Shown here one piece after another: positions 49,435 through 59,476 of a stretch of 64,000 bases of DNA. How positions within the stretch are numbered: the first letter of the stretch is position 1; each line of letters starts with the position of its first letter. The notes below the pieces were generated by a model. It saw only the letters and a list, made by a program, of their open reading frames with translations, searched no databases and was not told where the DNA came from. The DNA is from a virus (taxonomy: Duplodnaviria > Heunggongvirae > Uroviricota > Caudoviricetes): the IMG/VR virus record IMGVR_UViG_3300025693_000001. One strand, given 5' to 3'. A program made the position numbers and the translations under genes.

Positions 49435-50175
49435 TTATTGGTCAGTGTTGGATAATGCAGCTAGCACTTCTCGCACCTTGGAGTTTTGTGCACTTGGCTT
49501 TTTGATATCTGCAATAACACTATCAAGACGTGACGTGTGTTCATCTGTACGTTCGTTATCATCACTATCATCAACTTTTGTAGTTACAGGTTTTGGTGTT
49601 GGGTTGCTAGGTAGCGATAGATTGATTGGTGGAACAACAATCACATCATTTCCACCTTTTTCTTTTTGGGGTGTTGATGATGTCGTTGTAATTGCTTTTT
49701 TTACCAGACTGTCAATTTTTTGCGTCAGTGGATTTACCCGCTTGGATGTTTTTGTTGATTTGGGTTTATCAGCCTCCAACACAACCCGCGCTGGTTTCTT
49801 CGTAGGCTTTTTTGTAGCCTTCGCTGCATTGAGGATGTTTGAAATTACAGGCTTGGATGGTGGAGATTTGGATGTGGATGTCACCGATGGTTCGGATGAT
49901 ACATGCACTGTTCCTTTGTACGGTTCGAAGTAATAACCATTTGTTATTATCTCAACTCGAAAATCGTACGATCCACCATCAATATAATCCGGCTTTGGTA
50001 TCTGTACGATCCACTGTGCTGCTTCAGTTCCTTGCTTGCAAACATACGAGAAGCTAACAGCACCATACGCGATAACAAAACGCACACGCATATCGCTAAC
50101 AGCAGTGCCTTTAACCGCTATATCAAATTGAAGCTCATTATCCTGAATGTTTGTAATTGAAACCAGTGCAGACAT
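49435..50175 (-). CDS. Hypothetical protein with Ig-like N-terminus and low-complexity K/P/T/S tail
   Basis: 246 aa; AATAAATA at 50202-50209. Confidence 0.7.
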   Translation of the reverse strand: MSALVSITNIQDNELQFDIAVKGTAVSDMRVRFVIAYGAVSFSYVCKQGTEAAQWIVQIPKPDYIDGGSYDFRVEIITNGYYFEPYKGTVHVSSEPSVTSTSKSPPSKPVISNILNAAKATKKPTKKPARVVLEADKPKSTKTSKRVNPLTQKIDSLVKKAITTTSSTPQKEKGGNDVIVVPPINLSLPSNPTPKPVTTKVDDSDDNERTDEHTSRLDSVIADIKKPSAQNSKVREVLAALSNTDQ

Positions 50176-50204
50176 ATTTTTATTCCTTGTGTGTTAGCTT
50201 GTAT

Positions 50205-50606
50205 TTATTCATTGTGATGTTTGTTTTTTATTTTCGATACATCAAACGACACACGTTGCACCGCATTTCGAATGCTAGTTATCACAACACCAAATCGTTT
50301 ACGCACAACGTCAACCATATCCGAAACCGTAACCACAACTTTTGCATCTTTTGGTAACATCCAAAACACCCGCTCATGCCACATGGTACCAAAACGAACT
50401 CTGACATTTACTTCTATTCGCCTTTCAGGTGGATAGTCATCGTGGTCATCCAAGTCATATGGAAGAGTTTGTGGTTGGGTTGCAATGCCACCACCACCAA
50501 CAACCGGTGGTGGTATAACAATAATACCCTCGAAAAGTTTTAACCGGAATCTACCGATTATCATATCAGAGTGATTGCCACCCAACCCAAACAACCCAAC
50601 GTTCAT
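50205..50606 (-). CDS. Hypothetical protein
   Basis: 133 aa; coupled (TAATG) to upstream gene. Confidence 0.7.
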   Translation of the reverse strand: MNVGLFGLGGNHSDMIIGRFRLKLFEGIIVIPPPVVGGGGIATQPQTLPYDLDDHDDYPPERRIEVNVRVRFGTMWHERVFWMLPKDAKVVVTVSDMVDVVRKRFGVVITSIRNAVQRVSFDVSKIKNKHHNE

Positions 50607-52726
50607 TATCGTGGCATCCGTTCGAAAATTTCTGTTACAGAGGCAACACCATTACGATCTTTTAGATCATATACAGTCAATGGTGTAGTACCGTCGTCGT
50701 CGTATACTGTTAGTGTGAATGCGTTTTCATCAATCTTAGTTCTGTTTGTATCGTATTTTTGAATGTCAGCTACGATAGACAGGATGTTAACCAGTCCACT
50801 ATCTTGGATATCCAAGTGGCTATTTATCGTCTCATCGATAACAACCGCACTACCGTTACTGTTATCAGTTACAGTCGCATGTCCACGTATAACGATAGTC
50901 CCCGCCGTAACGGTACTATCCAGTATCACCTGTCCACTCGCAACATCAAGCGATGCATCTTGTGCTTGTGATTTGTTTGTCAATTTGATACCACCGTTGT
51001 ATCCACGAAATGCTACACTAACAGGCGCATAGTTGAAATCAAATTCCGGCGTGCCAGTTCCAGGTACGCCGCTATAACAACTAAGAAAGTGTGAAGTTTG
51101 CGTGCCAGTGAATTGTATAGTTCCTGGATTTATCATGGTCTGGTGGAATAACCCTTGCACATTAAACAAGTCTTCGACCATACAGTCACGAACATCAATC
51201 CACCCATCGAACGTGCCTTTCAGTGATGCGTTTGAAAATTGACTGAAACTAGTGCTAGCTCCATCATTGATAGTCACCTCACTTTTGGTGCTGTGTGCAC
51301 CTTCAACCCAAAATCCGTCCAGGATTGCTGTTGCTGGCACAATAACGTCTTCAGCTACTTTTATGTGATATATGCCCTCAGTTACACCGATGGTTATAGC
51401 ATCCAGCATGTTATTAACTGGGTGTGCCGGCGTTCCAAGTGGATATGCGGTACCTGCCACACCAGCATTCGCGTCAACACTGATCGCACCTTGGAAATTT
51501 ATCACCCGAACAGCTTCACCAAACGAACCATCGACAACACCATTGACTGGTACCTGCCACACTTCTTGAGGGATAACACTAATTAAATCAGCGATGCCTT
51601 TCGTTTCTGCGTTCACGGTTTCATCAATCACATTGGCCGTTCCCGTTGAATTGTTGACAACCGTACACACACCACGTACAACAAAGGTTCCTGCTGTTAT
51701 CGATGGTGAAAATATAACTGTACCGGAATCAATATCAAGAGAGTTGTTGACTGTCGTATCCGTACAATTGGTAAGCTCCAATCCACCCTTGTAACCACGC
51801 AACGCAATTGATTGTCCAGATCCACCCATGTCGATTATTGGGCGGGTGTCATTTCCAGCGATTCCCGAATAACAATCCAGTAATGTTGCTTGGACGTTTC
51901 CACCCAAAGTAATGGTGCCTAGTAGTGCAGATTGAAACATGAATCCATTAATGTGCATCATATCACCAACAGCACACTGACGTATGAGGTTGTTGTTATC
52001 CAAAACACCAGTAACGTATATGTTAACAAATTCACACTTTTCAACGTTTGCACCATCCAATACAGTAAGCGTTGAAGCGACTGGATTGTCCCCACGGAAT
52101 ATGTATCCAGATGAATAATCGATCGATGATAATGTTTCAGAGTCGACAATGTTAAACACCCGCAGTCCGCGATTTTCCGCAATTGCTGTTGCATCTGCAA
52201 GTGAACTAGCTGGGTATTGGCGTGTACCGACTGGGAATGTAGTCCCACCAAATGCGGAATTTGTGTTTACCGTGACTGCCCCATCAAATGAAGCGGCCTG
52301 CAATGAATTCAAATCCTGCAATCCAGCACTATTGGATGATCGTACTGATACGTTGTTCACGTTCACCACATCACCAACATTCGAATTTGCACCAACTAAG
52401 TTTATAGCATATGGTCCATCTTCAAACGTAACAGTGTATCCATTGATAATTTCAATTACACGAGCTAGTGTGGCACCACCAACAGTAACGGTTGTGTTGT
52501 GTTGGTGTGTGCGCTCGAATGCCATACCATCAGAGCTATCCTCCAATGATTTCAGAGCCAACCGAAAAACGTCCAAATCTAGTTGGCGAATTTCAGTTGG
52601 TTGGGTTTGGATTTGGATTGACGCGAACTTTGGGACAAAGATAACCTTCGACCCCCAGTATATCGTTATGTCGTCCTGAACGTAATCATCCGCTGTATAA
52701 CCATCTTCTACGTATAATGTAGCCAT
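50606..52726 (-). CDS. Virion structural protein with internal duplication
   Basis: Two ~260-aa repeats (F.GA..V....G...GT.(F/Y)P.GT...P......DA..I ... CYSG..G...P ... RGY.GG..LTN ... V.DET.N). Confidence 0.72.
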   Translation of the reverse strand: MATLYVEDGYTADDYVQDDITIYWGSKVIFVPKFASIQIQTQPTEIRQLDLDVFRLALKSLEDSSDGMAFERTHQHNTTVTVGGATLARVIEIINGYTVTFEDGPYAINLVGANSNVGDVVNVNNVSVRSSNSAGLQDLNSLQAASFDGAVTVNTNSAFGGTTFPVGTRQYPASSLADATAIAENRGLRVFNIVDSETLSSIDYSSGYIFRGDNPVASTLTVLDGANVEKCEFVNIYVTGVLDNNNLIRQCAVGDMMHINGFMFQSALLGTITLGGNVQATLLDCYSGIAGNDTRPIIDMGGSGQSIALRGYKGGLELTNCTDTTVNNSLDIDSGTVIFSPSITAGTFVVRGVCTVVNNSTGTANVIDETVNAETKGIADLISVIPQEVWQVPVNGVVDGSFGEAVRVINFQGAISVDANAGVAGTAYPLGTPAHPVNNMLDAITIGVTEGIYHIKVAEDVIVPATAILDGFWVEGAHSTKSEVTINDGASTSFSQFSNASLKGTFDGWIDVRDCMVEDLFNVQGLFHQTMINPGTIQFTGTQTSHFLSCYSGVPGTGTPEFDFNYAPVSVAFRGYNGGIKLTNKSQAQDASLDVASGQVILDSTVTAGTIVIRGHATVTDNSNGSAVVIDETINSHLDIQDSGLVNILSIVADIQKYDTNRTKIDENAFTLTVYDDDGTTPLTVYDLKDRNGVASVTEIFERMPR

Positions 52727-52729
52727 GAA

Positions 52730-53434
52730 TTAGGTCCAGAAATCTGGTGCACGTTGTTTCGTACCAATTCCCGTCGATTGGTAATGTACATCAACAAAGT
52801 GTATAAACGGATCCGGTACGCTACCACCCGACACAGTCATGTCGTTTGAGTCTAAGTATACCCGTGCCAAAATGACACCATCCGGCTCCAATGCATTGGT
52901 ATCCAACTGCACAGCACTCCCACCCGGGGTTGATGCTGCCGTTTCAGCTACCATGTGTTGATATTGTATGGTGCTAGCAGCATCAATAACCGATATGTTT
53001 GCCGGTACGTTGAATATTCCTTGGTTGTGTCCTTTTCCGTATACTGTCTCGAATCCGAACGTAACCGTGCCACCAGTGACAGTCGTTGAGTCGTGTGACC
53101 AATGAGCATGCATGTATATTGGAGTACCCACAACATAGTCGTGTGGGATGTGAAAATTTACGTGAGCTTGTTTTGATACAGCAAAACGCAATGCACGAAT
53201 TCCACCACGAAACGGTACCAACGCAGCTCTATCCACGTCATCGGCATATGTAGACATATGGCCAATAATATCGTGCCAAGGATATGTTGGTGTTCCCAAT
53301 GAGTCAACCTTAATCCCCGAATTCATCGTTTTTGGTATAGCTAAATTAACACCATCACGCAAATCGGTGAAGTTTTCATCCAGCTCGGCGTGTGTTAGTG
53401 CGGCACCTTTATCAGCTCTTGTTAATATCGTCAT
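52730..53434 (-). CDS. Tail-associated protein
   Basis: LTRADKGAALTHAELDENF N-terminus typical of phage fibre/appendage proteins; beta-sandwich-like remainder. Confidence 0.65.
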   Translation of the reverse strand: MTILTRADKGAALTHAELDENFTDLRDGVNLAIPKTMNSGIKVDSLGTPTYPWHDIIGHMSTYADDVDRAALVPFRGGIRALRFAVSKQAHVNFHIPHDYVVGTPIYMHAHWSHDSTTVTGGTVTFGFETVYGKGHNQGIFNVPANISVIDAASTIQYQHMVAETAASTPGGSAVQLDTNALEPDGVILARVYLDSNDMTVSGGSVPDPFIHFVDVHYQSTGIGTKQRAPDFWT

Positions 53435-53634
53435 TATCCAGTTGCCCCACCAGAGAACAGTTTAACCTGCAATGCTTGTAATTGTGTTGTGTGTAATTTG
53501 ATTTGGTTTTCCAATGCACCAATTCTCGTTTCGTATTGGGTTTCCAACTCACGATACATCGCACGAGTTGTTTCCGAATGGTCCTTTATTGCTATAACAT
53601 TCTTGCGTATAGCGTCTTCTTGTCCTGTACTCAT
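53434..53634 (-). CDS. Small coiled-coil protein
   Basis: 66 aa with heptad pattern; coupled to neighbours. Confidence 0.65.
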   Translation of the reverse strand: MSTGQEDAIRKNVIAIKDHSETTRAMYRELETQYETRIGALENQIKLHTTQLQALQVKLFSGGATG

Positions 53635-53637
53635 ATA

Positions 53638-55329
53638 TTATTCATCCGAAATCATTAAAATTGTTAGTGTCAGCCCATTCGCTGAATCAATCGTACCACT
53701 AATGGAACTCTGTTTGTAATATGGTGCACCACTACTCTTTCTAGCCCAACCAACAATAGGTTGATCCGCAGTGTATGTTCGGGTGTCTTGAGCCTCACCA
53801 TTAGCATCGGAAAACGCTTTTATTATATCTGTTCCTACAGCTAGTGGTCCACCTGCTGCGGCTTCAACCAAAACGTTAACATCCGATGTTGTTATTAAAT
53901 TGTTGTCAGTGTCTTTGATCACCAATTTCAACGTAACGGGGTTTACGACAACCGTTACCACGGCTCCAGCCGTGCGAATTGATGGTGTTGTGGCTCCCGC
54001 CGATACGTTGATCGTGAGACTACCCGATATCACATTCACATATATCGCTTCGTTCCCAACTGACCCATCGGCAGCTGCGTAGGATCCAGCTTCATACGTA
54101 CTATTCCATACCATTGGTGAATCTGCGATGCTGGTCAATTCCACTGCATGTATCGTGTTATCGCTAGTAAACGCGCATGCATTTACCTTGGTGAGATCGG
54201 TAACCGACAGAGCGGCAACGGTTCCGACACTACCAATAACAGTACACTCAACCAAACCACCAAAACTTACCAACGTTGCTGTATCACACCCCGCCATCGT
54301 TGACGTTCTCATCACCGAGTTGGTAAGAGTAAACAACCCACAATTCTCAAATCTCGACGATTCGACTAACGTGGAGCCGTTAGTAAACGACACGTCCCCC
54401 ATATTGATAAACGTTGAACTGTCTATGCTGAGTGACATTGCCCCTCCGGTAACATCTTTTAGTTCTGCTCCAGTTGTCCCAACAGTTTTGCACACCAGGC
54501 CACTAACGTTGGATTCGGAGAACAACAGCCCACTGCTTTCAAATATCAATGCGTGGTGCGTATCTGATATCACCCGATCCAAAAACACCAACGTCTCCGA
54601 CTCTGATAAAAAATTCGTTACAGGGCCATCAAACGCATTGTCCTTACCGATTTGCAATGTGCCTTGAACGAAGAGCACACCATCCGTTTCTTGTATAACA
54701 CCATAATAATTTGCAGTCAATTTATCAACATCGGCAATATCCTGGAAATTAAACGTGGTTGATGCTGGGTCCAGAGCTACGCTAGTAGCTAACAATCCTT
54801 CTCCATACCGCACAGCGTCCAACCAAGTATTATCGATAATACGGATGGTACCAGAGTTGGAGTTGTCTGTTATCCACTCAATCGATTCAACAGCACTCAA
54901 CGTTAATGTGCCAACCGATGTTGAATGTATGTTTGCTGTGTTCGTCAAATCAAAGATGAAATTCTTCCAACTACCATCCCAGGTATCAGATCCAGCAACG
55001 TGCCACTGCACGAATTCACCCACATCATCCGTAACCTTTAACATAAGCCCCGAATTCGTAGCTCCGGTATTTAACAACTCCGTAAAAGGGAACACGTCAC
55101 ACCGCATAGTCCAGTATAAGTGTGGTGTGGTGTAATTTGCTGTCATATCGATACTTACAGCTGGTGTAAAAATCCCATTACCCGTACCATTCTTTCCCGT
55201 TTGGTACGTGAATGCACCCGTTCCTTGTTTAAAGGACTCCGTGTCCAGCTGACCCGATGTACCTGTCCAACCAGTGGTGGCATCTGCCACACTAACATCA
55301 ATAATTTGTTTGGTTACTACTATACCCAC
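53638..55329 (-). CDS. Virion structural protein
   Basis: 563 aa, T/S/G/V-rich, GTG start; ends ISDE, like neighbour's TSDE. Confidence 0.68.
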   Translation of the reverse strand: MGIVVTKQIIDVSVADATTGWTGTSGQLDTESFKQGTGAFTYQTGKNGTGNGIFTPAVSIDMTANYTTPHLYWTMRCDVFPFTELLNTGATNSGLMLKVTDDVGEFVQWHVAGSDTWDGSWKNFIFDLTNTANIHSTSVGTLTLSAVESIEWITDNSNSGTIRIIDNTWLDAVRYGEGLLATSVALDPASTTFNFQDIADVDKLTANYYGVIQETDGVLFVQGTLQIGKDNAFDGPVTNFLSESETLVFLDRVISDTHHALIFESSGLLFSESNVSGLVCKTVGTTGAELKDVTGGAMSLSIDSSTFINMGDVSFTNGSTLVESSRFENCGLFTLTNSVMRTSTMAGCDTATLVSFGGLVECTVIGSVGTVAALSVTDLTKVNACAFTSDNTIHAVELTSIADSPMVWNSTYEAGSYAAADGSVGNEAIYVNVISGSLTINVSAGATTPSIRTAGAVVTVVVNPVTLKLVIKDTDNNLITTSDVNVLVEAAAGGPLAVGTDIIKAFSDANGEAQDTRTYTADQPIVGWARKSSGAPYYKQSSISGTIDSANGLTLTILMISDE

Positions 55330-55349
55330 GTCGGGACCCCCATAATATT

Positions 55350-55380
55350 AGAAGAAATGGTGCACCTTCACGATGCACCA
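55350..55380 (-). terminator. Intrinsic terminator
   Basis: TGGTGCATC-GTGAA-GGTGCACCA stem-loop followed by TTTCTTCT, downstream of 55444-57153. Confidence 0.65.
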
Positions 55381-55443
55381 CTCTTGTGTTTGTTGTTGGA
55401 TTCGAATTCCAACCGATTTTGCGTTTTGTATCAGAAGGACAAA

Positions 55444-57153
55444 CTACTCATCTGACGTTCTAATCGCAGTAATCGATGAGTTCGAACTTACAAACGAAGC
55501 AGAAGATATAAACTGCTTAATTGGAGTTCCACCACCATCACGCACGATAACAACCAAGTCACGATCGACGTTGTATACACCAGTAAAAGCAGCTGTTGTT
55601 CCAGTTGCTAACACATCGATATACGCAATCCACAAATTCGAACTAGCATCAACTTGATCACCACTAAAATCTGTAGATCCGATAGTAAACGTAGAACCAG
55701 TCCACGACGTGTAAGCAACCTCGCGGTATTTACCCGAAGCTAACAACACCCTAATGTCACCAGTAGCTGGTGTATCCGATGGAATTGCTGTAGTAACCAC
55801 AATAGACGTTACCGCAGCACCACTGATAATACTTGCCGTTGTTGTCAATTGTGATATATCGATAGCGGGGTTACCTTCGTTATCAGTAGAAACACCATCC
55901 CAAGGAGCAACTAAAACTCTATCTTCGGTGTTTACTAATCCAGCAACAGTAAATGTTACGTTGTTTGGAGGTGTTTGTTGTGCATTTGTTAGATCAAATA
56001 ATTTATCGGTAGCAACTACATCAGTAGTTTCCATACCAACACCATAAGCACCAATGATAGCAGAACCTGTTGACGCTCCGATGAAAGGCTTACTAATCAA
56101 AGCAGAACGATCCACAACAGTAATATTAACAGTTGCAGTTGCAGTTGATACACCGGTGATGATTTGACCATCCGTTGGTGCTATACCTGTTAACAACTGA
56201 ATCCACATCTTAGTACCAACCGTTGTGCTATCAATAGCCAACATTTGACCTGTACCACCAGTCCAACTAACAGCTTCAAACGCTGCGAATGTGCCTGTTG
56301 GTGTGTCAATGTCAATTTCGTGAGTAATACCACGGAACAATTCACCATTCAACCCATATAGTGTTGAAACAGAACCATCACGTGTTAGCCACTTCATTCT
56401 TTCGTAGAATTCATTGATTGTGTGAGCCGCTTTGTTCCACTCAGAGTAATAGTCTTCAGTGACACTGTTACCATTAATATCAAGTTCGACGAACCCCTCG
56501 GTTGTGTTGTCAATCGTTGTCCACCCTGAAACAGTACCTTCTATCGTTTCATTGTTTAAATCGTTTGCATCAACCAACGCGAATACGTTATTACCACGTG
56601 AAGTACCGTTGATCGAGAACTCACCATACGTATTACCAAACGAACGAGTTGTACCAATCAATCTACGACCGTCGATATCGGTACCAGCAGAACGAGTTTT
56701 AATCATCCATCTATGCGAAATCCCCTGAGCTGCATCAGCATTGATACCAACACCACCCTGGTTCCAATAATCGGATACCATAACAGCACCATCCTGGATA
56801 ACTTGAATCTGTACATCAGCGTTACCAAAGTTTACGATACCATCATAAATGACCTCAGTACCACCAGTACCCTGAATGATGGAACCATCATATAAATGTT
56901 CGGCAGATGTGTCATCTAAATTATACAACCCCAACAATTTGATAATGTTGTCAGTTGATCTTGCTGATGGTAGTTCGTCGGTGATATCAACCTCGTCATC
57001 ACCCACAGATGAAGCGTCATCCGCTAAATCTTGCAACCATCTATGAAATTCAATAACCGTCGCATACGTTGGTGAAGTAACATGGTTACCCCCAATATAT
57101 CTAATGTTACCTGTTGATCGAGTTACTTCCCAATCGCCTGCTACTATAGCCAT
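55444..57153 (-). CDS. Virion structural protein (probably abundant)
   Basis: 569 aa; AAGGA Shine-Dalgarno; two upstream CATAAATA (57201-57208, 57259-57266); downstream terminator. Confidence 0.7.
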   Translation of the reverse strand: MAIVAGDWEVTRSTGNIRYIGGNHVTSPTYATVIEFHRWLQDLADDASSVGDDEVDITDELPSARSTDNIIKLLGLYNLDDTSAEHLYDGSIIQGTGGTEVIYDGIVNFGNADVQIQVIQDGAVMVSDYWNQGGVGINADAAQGISHRWMIKTRSAGTDIDGRRLIGTTRSFGNTYGEFSINGTSRGNNVFALVDANDLNNETIEGTVSGWTTIDNTTEGFVELDINGNSVTEDYYSEWNKAAHTINEFYERMKWLTRDGSVSTLYGLNGELFRGITHEIDIDTPTGTFAAFEAVSWTGGTGQMLAIDSTTVGTKMWIQLLTGIAPTDGQIITGVSTATATVNITVVDRSALISKPFIGASTGSAIIGAYGVGMETTDVVATDKLFDLTNAQQTPPNNVTFTVAGLVNTEDRVLVAPWDGVSTDNEGNPAIDISQLTTTASIISGAAVTSIVVTTAIPSDTPATGDIRVLLASGKYREVAYTSWTGSTFTIGSTDFSGDQVDASSNLWIAYIDVLATGTTAAFTGVYNVDRDLVVIVRDGGGTPIKQFISSASFVSSNSSITAIRTSDE

Positions 57154-57483
57154 GTGTATTATTCCTTTAAAATTATACTAGTTGTGTTAGACACATGCGG
57201 TATTTATGGTGAAATCTACCATCAGATTTGTCCCTTAAACACATATGCGCGTACCCACTATTTATGATGTGGTGTGTTTTACTATAAATAATATTTCACA
57301 ACAGGAATGCAACAAACGAAAGTACAGGAGATGTTGGATAAGGAACGAGCAACGATGGGGTGTTAACAACGATAATACGAACGATAACACACCCAAACAG
57401 AAGCTATCGTCTGAATCACTGGGTGTGTTGGTGCATGACTTGGATGTGGCTGTAGAACTAAAAGACGGAAAAACAAAGAGGTG

Positions 57484-58056
57484 TTAACGCACCAGATGCG
57501 CGTCTCGCAATGCCACCACTGTTTTCATTAGGTGTTTGCACACACCTGGGGTATTTTTTATATTTGCCGGAGGTCTGCTGGTGCGTTTGTGGTATGGGGG
57601 TGGGGCTTTACCATCCAGACTATCGACTTTTGCGTTTTGTGTGGCGAAACGCCAATAAAAATCCAAACAATCACAGCTAACTTTACAGTTTGAGCGCTGA
57701 AGCATTATTGGTGATATGTGGGATTCACCACCTCCAACAGCTTTGAATGATACGTTTGCAGCTTGGTCATCTTCATGAAACTCAACACCATCGAATTGTA
57801 TCGTGGTTGTGTAGTTTGTTCCATCACTATTAACAGTAGACCTAACTGATAGAGTTTGGCTTTCCTCTGCTGGGATAAGCTCCATGCTAGTAACACGTAT
57901 AGTGTCCATAGCGTATTGACGCTTTGTTGTGGACGGAGTGAACTGCATCGTTTTCTGTTCCAATTCAACATACGGAGCTTCGACCAATTGCTCGATCCGC
58001 TCCATTTGCTGAAAGATACGTGCACCACGTATTAGGTTTAATTTATTGTTTTTCAT
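57484..58056 (-). CDS. SWIM zinc-finger protein
   Basis: CDCLDF...GVCKH; CATAAATA at 58062-58069. Confidence 0.72.
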   Translation of the reverse strand: MKNNKLNLIRGARIFQQMERIEQLVEAPYVELEQKTMQFTPSTTKRQYAMDTIRVTSMELIPAEESQTLSVRSTVNSDGTNYTTTIQFDGVEFHEDDQAANVSFKAVGGGESHISPIMLQRSNCKVSCDCLDFYWRFATQNAKVDSLDGKAPPPYHKRTSRPPANIKNTPGVCKHLMKTVVALRDAHLVR

Positions 58057-58064
58057 CCACCTAT

Positions 58065-59177
58065 TTATGGTAGATTGTCACCACACACATCAATCACATC
58101 ATAATCACCATATAGTGGATACTGAATCTTCATGTATTGATCCACGACAGCTGTATATGGTACCTGTTTATCACCACGCGAATCTTGTCTTGATACCACA
58201 TCAGCACAAGAAACTGGGAATAACACGGCACGTATGGTATAGCCTTTTTTGCGGGCTTCGGTGATGAAGAAGTTTCTACGTTTGTTACCAATGTTCGTGT
58301 TGTCAACAATCAGGTCGTTACCAGTTTTAATTAACCGCATAAACTCGGCTTGTGTTTTGGAATTAAATTGTTTGTCATCACACGACAATTCGTACGCTTT
58401 GGCATAGTTTTCTGAATCATACCAATCATGACGTAACGCATCAAACGAGAAAACGTTGCTCTGTTTTTTATTGTTTTTTGTCCATGTTGATTTTCCGGAT
58501 CCAGACGCACCAATCAACATTGTTAGAACTGGTTTGCTTGGATCTGATTCGTGTATTATTTGAGCTGAATCGCCAGCTAGCGCTACCATGCTGTTGATCC
58601 ACCGTGTAGCTTGTGAGATGCTTGCTGGTCTATCGTCCTGTATCCGTCCCCTCGTATCCGCCATAATCAACTCACCAAATGCATCAGCCCACGTCAATTC
58701 ATTTATGGTTTGTGCTATTTTTTTCAACTTTGTTGGATTTTTGATATCCCAAGGTTTATGATATTCAATCATCCACCCAATTTTGTATATGTGACGAGGT
58801 TCCAAACCAAAAAGCTCAACAAGGCGAGTCCATTTGCTAGCAGCGTAATCCTCCCACAAACGAGCTGATATCAACTCATGTCCTGAGAATCTGTGATATT
58901 TTCCACGTTCTTCTGAGAATTTTTCAACTTTCGCGGTTGGTTTTCCGACATCATGGAACGCTAAAGCTATCGCACGTGCCACATCATCACGATCCCATTC
59001 TGTTTTATAAATAGAGCCGATGTAGTGAGCGACTACCATGTTTGTGTGAATAGCAACCGACTTTTCCCGATGCCAAGGGGAATTCTCAAACGTCGTCCGC
59101 ATTGTTTGGTATACAGGAAGTTCGTGTTGAATTTCACCATAAAACCAGGTAATGAAGTTGTGTTTTAAATCTATCAT
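58065..59177 (-). CDS. HD phosphoesterase-polynucleotide kinase fusion (HD-Pnk-like RNA end-healing enzyme)
   Basis: PWHRE..V..HT, FHDVGKP, F.GHE, AD..GR; GASGSGKST, D..R, VDNTN....R; start MIDLK at 59177 (ATGA overlap). Confidence 0.82.
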   Translation of the reverse strand: MIDLKHNFITWFYGEIQHELPVYQTMRTTFENSPWHREKSVAIHTNMVVAHYIGSIYKTEWDRDDVARAIALAFHDVGKPTAKVEKFSEERGKYHRFSGHELISARLWEDYAASKWTRLVELFGLEPRHIYKIGWMIEYHKPWDIKNPTKLKKIAQTINELTWADAFGELIMADTRGRIQDDRPASISQATRWINSMVALAGDSAQIIHESDPSKPVLTMLIGASGSGKSTWTKNNKKQSNVFSFDALRHDWYDSENYAKAYELSCDDKQFNSKTQAEFMRLIKTGNDLIVDNTNIGNKRRNFFITEARKKGYTIRAVLFPVSCADVVSRQDSRGDKQVPYTAVVDQYMKIQYPLYGDYDVIDVCGDNLP

Positions 59178-59449
59178 CTTTTTTTGATCCAGTAATTGTA
59201 AGTGCCTTTCATCCAGGCAACGGTATAAAAAATACTCATAGCAAAAATTCCCCATTGGCTTGCTATGAATGTTGAGTACCACCAAAATGGTTGTCCCACT
59301 AACGCTATTAAGCAGGCATACTTTCTATGGTGATATCGATGATCTTGGCTGAGCCAAGCGGCAACTATACCGGTACACATTATAACCGTTTGGGATATAA
59401 CATCGAGTGTGATTTCCATTTGTAAGATGGATTGTATTAATTCATTCAT
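59174..59449 (-). CDS. Small membrane protein (about 3 TM)
   Basis: Hydrophobic segments; GQPFW, G.YNYW..K. Confidence 0.65.
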   Translation of the reverse strand: MNELIQSILQMEITLDVISQTVIMCTGIVAAWLSQDHRYHHRKYACLIALVGQPFWWYSTFIASQWGIFAMSIFYTVAWMKGTYNYWIKKR

Positions 59450-59476
59450 CGCACCTACGATACTAGGAACATATCG

